Shown here piece by piece: positions 51,293 through 58,015 of a stretch of 64,000 nucleotides of DNA. Location: positions 12,030 through 76,029 of IMG/VR virus record IMGVR_UViG_3300034072_000373; one strand, given 5' to 3'. Below the pieces are notes generated by a model. That model made no database searches, had not been told where the DNA came from, and was given only the letters and a program-made list of their open reading frames with translations. Source of the DNA: a virus. Each line of letters begins with the position of its first letter. Within the stretch, counting starts at the first letter, position 1. The translations under genes were made by a program, and so were the position numbers.

Positions 51293-51807
51293 CAGTGAGT
51301 TACCTCCATGATAGCTTCTACAGGACGATCAGCTTGATTCTGATACTTGCCTGAGTAGTGGGCTGGAATAGCCAGTTCATGGAACAAGACTTGTGCAATG
51401 CCTGAACCAGCAGGAATATGCACACCTTCTGAACCATGGAAAACCAGTTCCAAGGTGAGGAAGCCTTTCCAACCTGGTTCGATTACCGTGTTGAAAACAC
51501 TCAGACCCTTACGAGCCAAGGTGGATTTGTCATGGACAATTCCAACCAGATTCTCAGGCATCTGAAATTCTTCGATAGCTGAAGCTAGACAGAACCGACC
51601 GTAGATACGTTCACTATCCACCATGAGATATGGTGTAGGCGGGTATCCTCGATCATATTCCACAAAGCGGAATCGAATGTCCTGCTTCAGTCGAATGTCG
51701 TAACCAGCTTCGGTCAAGCCGTAGCTAGTTCCATGTGCAACACGCTTGCACTCTTCCATATTCTTGATTGGCTCAAGAGCTAGAAGCTGTGACCCATTGA
51801 TAATCAT
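51292..51807 (-). CDS. dcd: dCTP deaminase
   Basis: SYGLTEAGYDIRL, DKSTLARKGL, TVIEPGWKGFLTLEL, YSGKYQNQ; ATG 51807. Confidence 0.92.
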   Translation of the reverse strand: MIINGSQLLALEPIKNMEECKRVAHGTSYGLTEAGYDIRLKQDIRFRFVEYDRGYPPTPYLMVDSERIYGRFCLASAIEEFQMPENLVGIVHDKSTLARKGLSVFNTVIEPGWKGFLTLELVFHGSEGVHIPAGSGIAQVLFHELAIPAHYSGKYQNQADRPVEAIMEVTH

Positions 51808-51908
51808 TACTGACAACCTTTATCGTGCTTAAAGAGCCAGCAGAATCCAATGTAGACTATCAGAAGAATTCCTATGTGAATTAGGAAATCAATAAGATCA
51901 GGAGACAT
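51807..51908 (-). CDS. 33-aa single-TM peptide (not in ORF track)
   Basis: MSPDLIDFLIHIGILLIVYIGFCWLFKHDKGCQ*; GAGG RBS; TAATG coupling to dcd. Confidence 0.6.
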   Translation of the reverse strand: MSPDLIDFLIHIGILLIVYIGFCWLFKHDKGCQ

Positions 51909-52206
51909 TTTCCTCTACCCATTTTCTGAAAGCAGATGGGAGGAATGGGCCAGCATATTTTGCAACTCCATCACCTTGGATGAGTGCAAGCATTGGAACC
52001 TTCGTGACAGTGAAGTATGAAGCCAATAGATCGTTGTCTTCAATGTTCGCTTCCACAAACTCAATGTCTAAACGCTCTTTCGAGTATTCAGCAAAGATAG
52101 GTGCAAATGCTTTGCATGGCGCACACCATGGAGCACTGAACTTAATCAGCACTGGCTTGTCTGACTTCAAGATAGTCTCGAAATCAGAATTGGTAATCTC
52201 ACGCAT
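51898..52206 (-). CDS. trxA: Thioredoxin
   Basis: FSAPWCAPCK active site, cis-Pro VP motif. Confidence 0.88.
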   Translation of the reverse strand: MREITNSDFETILKSDKPVLIKFSAPWCAPCKAFAPIFAEYSKERLDIEFVEANIEDNDLLASYFTVTKVPMLALIQGDGVAKYAGPFLPSAFRKWVEENVS

Positions 52207-52384
52207 CGACTGTCTCCATAAGAGCCAAGACATTCACCCCCAACGGGAATGCCTTAAACGCAGCTTTCTCTAAACGAATTAGTTCTGCGTAAGAATAGCC
52301 CTTGGGGTTGGATTTATGCGTGATGATTACCCTACCATCACGGAGTTTCCCCCGGATGGTAATCTTTTTGAACCTATGCAGCAC
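52199..52384 (-). CDS. Hypothetical protein
   Basis: Overlap-coupled small ORF. Confidence 0.55.
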   Translation of the reverse strand: MLHRFKKITIRGKLRDGRVIITHKSNPKGYSYAELIRLEKAAFKAFPLGVNVLALMETVDA

Positions 52385-52559
52385 GGAGTCGATTGATCCT
52401 GCGTTGCTTACGAGCCACTTTGTTGGCTTTCCGACGCTTCAGATGAGCACGGAATTTGTTGATCAGACGATCATATTCATGCTGAGGAAGCTGATACTTC
52501 CATGAAATGATTCCCTGTGCCTTCAAGATGCGGTTCAGTCGTTCGTGAATCTGTGCCAT
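52374..52559 (-). CDS. Basic hypothetical protein
   Basis: K/R-rich C-terminus; AGGA RBS. Confidence 0.6.
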   Translation of the reverse strand: MAQIHERLNRILKAQGIISWKYQLPQHEYDRLINKFRAHLKRRKANKVARKQRRINRLRAA

Positions 52560-52567
52560 TAGTTTTC

Positions 52568-53734
52568 CTACTGTATTGATGATGATTTTACGTGAACCTT
52601 GGTTCCAAATGGAACCGTGGCAGTGGGATTGTCCAGAACCACCCAGATCAGGGGGACTTCGTAAGACAGTGGTTGCATTTCAGGAACGTGCATATCTGAG
52701 AAGATAATGACGCCTGTGGGTTTGGTGTCCTCAATCCTTGCATGGACTGGAACCAGAGACGTTCCGCCTCCACCGTGGATTTCATATTCTGAAATATCGG
52801 TGTTTCGATCAATCACCTCAGTGTGGGTGATACGAGTATCGAATTGACTGAAGGTCATCTTGTCAGGCTTATATTGCTCTTTGAGATATACAAGCTCAGA
52901 GAGAATACGCTGGATTTGGCTTCGAGAGATTGAGCCAGACACATCAATGTAAACATCAATGTGGGCCAGCTTTCCCTTATCCTTGGCTCGATGGGGAAGA
53001 TACATATTGGTGTATCGTCTATTGGGACGAGTCCACTTGTATTTGATATGACAGAGTTCCGTGAGGAACTTCTGAATATGCCTTTCCCATGGGACAGCAG
53101 GATTGAGATAGGCATTCACTGTCTCGGTTACTTCACCGGGAAGTGTGCCTGCCTCTCCAGCTTGTTCAGCAGCATGGATAGAACGGATGATATTATTTAC
53201 CGTCTTCTGTGGTGTGGGACATTCTTGCATGTCCCCACCATCTTCAGCATTGCCCCATGAACCGGGAGCAAGCCCTCCAAGCAGTGGAACAATCTCATAG
53301 ATTTCCTCTTCAGTTTTGCCGAAGAGACTCTGATCTTTCCAACAATTCTCAAACCCTTTGAATGAGTAACCATCCCGTTCAAGATTGTTGTTGATGACGA
53401 TATCGCAGGCGACATTCCATTGATATGGATCACGATCACCACGACGCTGCATGTGCATTCTGGCTGGGTGCCAGACTTCGTGCATCAGAACAGTCGGCCT
53501 ACACTCAACGTCAAGTTCTAGGAACCACTGAGGATTCCAAGCATAGAACTCACCATTGGTGCAGGCCGTCTGGATACCAGTCGTCCAAAAGAAATTCATG
53601 CCACAGAGCATTGAGCCAAAGAATGCTGAATTCTTGCCTAAATAGATTCTTGATCGGGTGATATCCAGAAGACGATTTAGCTCACGCACATCTAGGCTTT
53701 GAAAGTCTTCAAGTGGTTGGACTGGTTGTTCCAT
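52568..53734 (-). CDS. Metallopeptidase + vWA domain protein (N4 gp25-like)
   Basis: TACTNG, HEVWH (HExxH), WNVACD..IN, IDVSGSI (MIDAS), GGGGT, FSD. Confidence 0.88.
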   Translation of the reverse strand: MEQPVQPLEDFQSLDVRELNRLLDITRSRIYLGKNSAFFGSMLCGMNFFWTTGIQTACTNGEFYAWNPQWFLELDVECRPTVLMHEVWHPARMHMQRRGDRDPYQWNVACDIVINNNLERDGYSFKGFENCWKDQSLFGKTEEEIYEIVPLLGGLAPGSWGNAEDGGDMQECPTPQKTVNNIIRSIHAAEQAGEAGTLPGEVTETVNAYLNPAVPWERHIQKFLTELCHIKYKWTRPNRRYTNMYLPHRAKDKGKLAHIDVYIDVSGSISRSQIQRILSELVYLKEQYKPDKMTFSQFDTRITHTEVIDRNTDISEYEIHGGGGTSLVPVHARIEDTKPTGVIIFSDMHVPEMQPLSYEVPLIWVVLDNPTATVPFGTKVHVKSSSIQ

Positions 53735-54770
53735 TGAGATACCTCGCAAGGTTGATGAAAGCCTTCTTGAATGCTGGATGTTCTTCCAGCGCAGGCTGAC
53801 GAATCTTCACACCCCGATAGAACAGGATGCGGAAATCGAGAGACATACGGTCGATATATTTTGCCATGGTTCCGAAATTCTTTTCGTCCACATTGCTCAT
53901 GAGCATACCGACAGTAGCCCAATTTATGTCGTTGGAATGTGAGATTTCAAGGGTTTCTGCTTCACGCAGAATACGGGCAAGGGTTGGAACCTTGTGAGAT
54001 ACCTTGGTGTATTGCACGAAAGATGCTGCCACGCCTGAAGTGATAGTCCCACCGAACAGGGTAGCATCCAGATCAGTAAGCTCTGGCTTGTTCTTCAGGA
54101 ACCTGTTGATGAATGACCATGTGCGAGGACAGCAGAATGTCCTATCCTGATGCTCAGGACGGAAATCATGCAGTTCCTCTCCCTTGGTTCGAGCCAGATA
54201 TGTGACAAGGCGATTGTCATAATTCTGAGCCAAAGCAACATCTTCCAGCCATTCCTGCCAGTCGATACGTAGGTTGATGTGAATCACACGAGACTGCATT
54301 GCAGTGCTGAGATCATTCACAATTGCGTTTGAGGTGGTAAGATTACCAGCAGCAGTGATGACACAGCGTTCATGCAGAGGATGCTGACCAACAAAGTGGT
54401 CCAGAACTGGCTTATATGCAGCAGCCTGAACATCCCGCTCACATGAGTTGAACTCATCCAAGAAGAGCATAAAGCCCTCCTTACCATCAGGAATGGGAGT
54501 ATCCTGCATGGGGAAGATTTCATCGAATGGAGCAAAGCGAGCTTTACCATCTTCAGTGAATCGGGGAAGACCGCTGAAGTCTTCTGGAATTGATGTGGAC
54601 ATTCGGTGATCGACCATGTGAAGGCCATAGTCATCACATACATTGTGCATGATGGCTGACTTGCCCATACCGGGATCACTGGTGACGAATGGAACCAGAC
54701 CTACCTCGATACAGTCTGATACCAGAGTTTTCATCTGCCGTGGTGTGGCAGAAAACATATCTATGCTCAT
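53709..54770 (-). CDS. MoxR-like AAA+ ATPase (N4 gp24-like)
   Basis: SDPGMGKS, LFLDEFN, AAGN, CPRTW; paired with the vWA gene. Confidence 0.88.
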   Translation of the reverse strand: MSIDMFSATPRQMKTLVSDCIEVGLVPFVTSDPGMGKSAIMHNVCDDYGLHMVDHRMSTSIPEDFSGLPRFTEDGKARFAPFDEIFPMQDTPIPDGKEGFMLFLDEFNSCERDVQAAAYKPVLDHFVGQHPLHERCVITAAGNLTTSNAIVNDLSTAMQSRVIHINLRIDWQEWLEDVALAQNYDNRLVTYLARTKGEELHDFRPEHQDRTFCCPRTWSFINRFLKNKPELTDLDATLFGGTITSGVAASFVQYTKVSHKVPTLARILREAETLEISHSNDINWATVGMLMSNVDEKNFGTMAKYIDRMSLDFRILFYRGVKIRQPALEEHPAFKKAFINLARYLNGTTSPTT

Positions 54771-54786
54771 GGATTTCCTTACAAAT

Positions 54787-54819
54787 AAAAAAGCCCCCTA
54801 GATTTCTCTAGAGGGCTTT
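54787..54819 (-). terminator. Rho-independent terminator
   Basis: AAAGCCCTCTAGA-GAAA-TCTAGGGGGCTTT plus T run on the - strand. Confidence 0.85.
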
Positions 54820-54823
54820 AATT

Positions 54824-55249
54824 TCAGAACGTTCGGATTTCGCCGGAAAGCTCAATAGTAGTTTCCCTATTAGGCTTAGTGCGAATCCTGCCGATAGATA
54901 CGACCTTATTTGGATCATATCCGTTAGCCTTGAGGCGGGAACGAATAGCTCGTGCAGATTCCTTCATGACATAACCCACATGGGTCCAATCATATCCGGT
55001 CTCTATTTCACCAAATTGGACTTTGGGAATTGCTGCATAGACAGCAATTGCATTATCCTTGTCGTATGGGTTTCCGGGTTCAGGAACAAGTTGAACCATG
55101 TTCCCTATATTCTTCTTCTGCCACTTGTCGAAGTCTTTCCGATGGTGAGCACCAACAGCAGAGACTTTTATGAACGCAATTTCATTTGCGTATCTTTCCG
55201 ACCAAGTGCCGAGTTCGAGTTTACGGATACCCCACAGATCACCAGACAT
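54824..55249 (-). CDS. HIRAN-like domain ORF, probably expressed as a -1 frameshift extension of the upstream gene
   Basis: LVPEPGNPYDKDNAIAVY...HVGYV motif; no SD before ATG 55249; frame open and protein-like for 42 codons upstream. Confidence 0.7.
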   Translation of the reverse strand: MSGDLWGIRKLELGTWSERYANEIAFIKVSAVGAHHRKDFDKWQKKNIGNMVQLVPEPGNPYDKDNAIAVYAAIPKVQFGEIETGYDWTHVGYVMKESARAIRSRLKANGYDPNKVVSIGRIRTKPNRETTIELSGEIRTF

Positions 55250-55308
55250 TACATCTGTAATCAGTGCATTATCGTCCGGGATTTCTCCCGTCTCTGGGTC
55301 AAATGATT

Positions 55309-55375
55309 CCCCTGAATCATAGAGTTGAAAGATACTTTCCTTCTTCCCTTTTGGTTCAGGGGTTACTTGAAAGGG
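55309..55375 (-). promoter_or_regulatory. Putative -1 programmed ribosomal frameshift signal
   Basis: C CCT TTC heptamer (55375-55369), 6-nt spacer, 8-bp stem CCCCTGAA/TTCAGGGG. Confidence 0.7.
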
Positions 55376-55983
55376 TTCTTGAAACCGCCATCCCCCATGA
55401 GCATCATCAGCATCATGGGATTGGAGAACAGACCTCCGGCATTACCACCGCTCATCATGAGCAGAGGCAGCATGGAGGACATATCCTTGTCACCACTCAT
55501 CAGCATGAGAGGCAGGAGGCTATTCATGTCCATGGTTCCAGAGTTACCTTCACCACCGAACATCGAACCGAATGAACGAACGACAGTCAGACCGTCCTTA
55601 ACGCCCAGCATGGAAACACGCTTGGGACGGAAACGGCTGATATGGCCCTGAACATTGATCGTCTGAATCGAAGCCTTTGCAGCTTCTTCGTCGGAAACCG
55701 ACTTTTTGTCGCCGTCTTCCAACAGGAAACCATATGCCCTGCCATCGGATACAAGAATGTCCCCACGCTTCACTTCGGTAGCAGGCGTCAGCATTGCAAA
55801 TGCTGGGATTTCCATCGAGAAGAAATCCAATGGATTCTGGTCCAGAACATCATCCTTGCCCAGAGTCACCAGACCAGCATTGGTCTTGATGCCTGAAGTG
55901 CCGGATGCAAGATCGTAGCTCACATTGTCGATGGGACGAAACATCGTCTGCATCGCCTTATTCATCGTGCTTTTCATATCCAT
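55363..55983 (-). CDS. Hypothetical protein with Met-rich repeated C-terminus
   Basis: AAGGA RBS; LLPLMLMSG / MLPLLMMSG / NPMMLMMLMG repeats. Confidence 0.75.
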   Translation of the reverse strand: MDMKSTMNKAMQTMFRPIDNVSYDLASGTSGIKTNAGLVTLGKDDVLDQNPLDFFSMEIPAFAMLTPATEVKRGDILVSDGRAYGFLLEDGDKKSVSDEEAAKASIQTINVQGHISRFRPKRVSMLGVKDGLTVVRSFGSMFGGEGNSGTMDMNSLLPLMLMSGDKDMSSMLPLLMMSGGNAGGLFSNPMMLMMLMGDGGFKNPFK

Positions 55984-56068
55984 TTTCAGTCTTCCTTCTT
56001 TGTAGGGTTCGGTCGTGGTCTTATGCTATCACCGTTCTAGCGCTCAAAATCAGATACCACTTCAGTCT

Positions 56069-56445
56069 ATCAGCGCCTAACCACACCAATAGAATACAAT
56101 CCGCATTTCCTATCGTTACCGAATAGGAAGCCGTAGCGGAGGTTAGCTGATGAAATTTTAGAGGCCACATCCCCCGATGTGATTAAGCATTAAGCACCTC
56201 TGCCCTGATCCAAGTGAGACACACCACATAACGCCGGGGAGAATTTCGGCAGATGGTAGTCATCTTCTTGGTTCGGGAAACTAAGTGGGTATCATCGTGG
56301 ATCATGACTCCATCACATCAGCCTACCCAAGCTATCCCGCTGCTATATCCGACTACATGGCCCATTGGGATTGAGCGTCATTAAACCATGCAGAAGCATT
56401 CCATTCTCAGAGAGCTACTCCGATTCCAAAGCCCGTTGCAACAGG
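56069..56445 (-). ncRNA. Cluster of putative structured RNA modules 3' of the hammerhead
   Basis: No plausible ORF; abutting closed stems at 56353-56393, 56275-56338, 56210-56271, 56160-56201 and 56069-56151. Confidence 0.55.
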
Positions 56446-56462
56446 TCTATGTATTTAGGAAT

Positions 56463-56510
56463 GTATGTGACACCTAAGTGTTTCGGCTCATTAAGCCTCA
56501 TCAGACATAC
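56463..56510 (-). ncRNA. Type I hammerhead ribozyme
   Basis: GTATGT-CTGATGA-GGCT(TAATG)AGCC-GAAA-CAC(TTAG)GTG-TC^ACATAC: complete core, three stems, GUC cleavage site. Confidence 0.9.
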
Positions 56511-56515
56511 TTGTA

Positions 56516-56848
56516 TTGGCACTTCTGTTGTCAGGCAGTTCCCGCCCCTGTGCTTTTACGCAGCCATGCGGTAGTCGGAGACTACATCGTTGTCGTTGAC
56601 ATTTAAGTTTCAACTGTCAGCTTAGGGCTGCCAATCCGATAGCGTTCTGAATCAATCCACATAGTCGATCCTAGTTCACCCCCATCAACTACATTGGTTC
56701 GAAGTGTTCATACCACGTATTCGGGCGTCTCCGGGTTTCCAACCCTAGTATGGCGGATACCATACCGAACCAATGCAGATGGTGGAGGTGACGGGTGCTG
56801 CCCCCGTGTCCTCATGCTTCAATCATCATTCCGAATTACTATCATCGC
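56516..56848 (-). ncRNA. ssrA: Circularly permuted (two-piece) tmRNA, alphaproteobacterial type
   Basis: Acceptor piece ...GACACGGG-GGCAGCA-CCCGT-CACCTCC-A-CCA (ends 56780), intervening hairpin, then GGGGGTGAACTAGGATCGAC (starts 56683); G3.U70; tag VNDNDVVSDYRMAA* at 56600-56556; outer ends approximate. Confidence 0.92.
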
Positions 56849-56898
56849 TTTAAGGTAGTCCATCCTCTGGAACGTGTCCAGAGGAACGATAACGAGAA

Positions 56899-57147
56899 CT
56901 ACCCTAACCAAATATTCCTGCCGATGATGTAGCCACACATAATGAGGGCTATAATAATGATTCCATTTAGGAACCAATTGAAGATACGACCAATCCATGT
57001 TGGGATTTCGAGTCGCTTGATCTTCACTGAAGCGAATGTGTCATAGAGCCATGCCAGTCCAGCAAAGATGCTGACCATCGCTACAACAGCCATAATCATG
57101 GCACATATACCAGTGAGAATGAGGCCAAGGCCAATCAGATATTCCAT
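56899..57147 (-). CDS. Small membrane protein inside the RNA island
   Basis: GGAAGG RBS; two long hydrophobic segments. Confidence 0.65.
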   Translation of the reverse strand: MEYLIGLGLILTGICAMIMAVVAMVSIFAGLAWLYDTFASVKIKRLEIPTWIGRIFNWFLNGIIIIALIMCGYIIGRNIWLG

Positions 57148-57708
57148 GGTTCTTCCTTCCATAATTTATGAGGACCGTGAACAAGCTCTCTGGCTCTGGT
57201 ATTGCTTACAGCATTGTCACATTCCAACGGTGGCCTACCGTGGTTATTCACGGCCCGCATAAAATATGCTTTGGTGCCTATCAGGGCGTTAGTCCTAATA
57301 AATTAGGTAACACTCCTGATAGGACACGCTCTAAAACCCGCTGCGTAGGCGAAGTGTTAACCCGCATAGGGATTACTCCCATTAGTGCTTTGTTTCGTCT
57401 TCATGTTACTACCGTTGGGTTGGCGAATTTAGCGGATGACAGTCTGTCTCGCCACTAGACAGACCTCCTGCTCAGATTGGCGGGAATGCTAAACCGATAG
57501 TCCTCATTAAGTCTGGCTCACAGACACCAAAATCTTTGAATGAATAGCGCCCAGATGAGTAGCGTTATCTCTCATCCTATATATCTTGCAGGATATACTA
57601 ATCTCCTGCTGCAACAGGAAATGGGCACGACAGCATTGCATGGTATCCTCCCTGATTACGGGAACCATGGAAAGGATTGACCATCCTTCAATGCTGTAAT
57701 TTAATTTT

Positions 57709-57807
57709 GAACCAGACGCTCTCGCTAATTGATTAGAATCAATTATTTGAATTGAGCTACTCCGACTGATGCCGGAGACAGGAATTACACCTGTAACCTT
57801 CTGGTTC
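57709..57807 (-). ncRNA. Permuted tRNA-like element with closed acceptor stem (Y RNA/YrlA-like topology)
   Basis: GAACCAGA-AGGTT-ACAGG(TGTAATT)CCTGT-CTCCGGC(ATCA)GTCGGAG-TA-GCTC(..)GAGC-G-TCTGGTTC. Confidence 0.75.
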
Positions 57808-57981
57808 CGGTTTTCCCTCATCTAACAGGTCATGACTCCGTTAGGTCGTCACAAATGAGATAAAACCAATTCTAATAAGGCAGGTAGGCAGGCTACAGGC
57901 CAATTAAGTATCGCTCTACTGAAAGGTTCTTTGCGATACACCCTTTACAGATTCAGTTCTAACCGCCTTTGAATCTCGTAG

Positions 57982-58015
57982 AAAAGCCCACCAGCCATGA
58001 AGCGACTAGTGGGCT
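57982..58015 (-). terminator. Terminator-like hairpin inside the RNA island
   Basis: AGCCCACTAGTCG...TGGCTGGTGGGCT-TTT; short U tract. Confidence 0.45.

Noticed and set aside
56147-56160. + strand CTGATGAAA as a hammerhead core
   Set aside because: There is no stem II between CTGATGA and a GAAA; the bases belong to a - strand stem.
57385-57530. Possible second hammerhead (TTAATGAG...GACGAAAC)
   Set aside because: It lacks the invariant G5 of CUGANGA, and stems I and III cannot be built around a cleavage triplet.
57168-57821. Track ORFs 57168-57458 (+) and 57507-57821 (-) in the RNA island
   Set aside because: No good RBS, atypical composition, and the sequence is better explained by dense base-paired modules.
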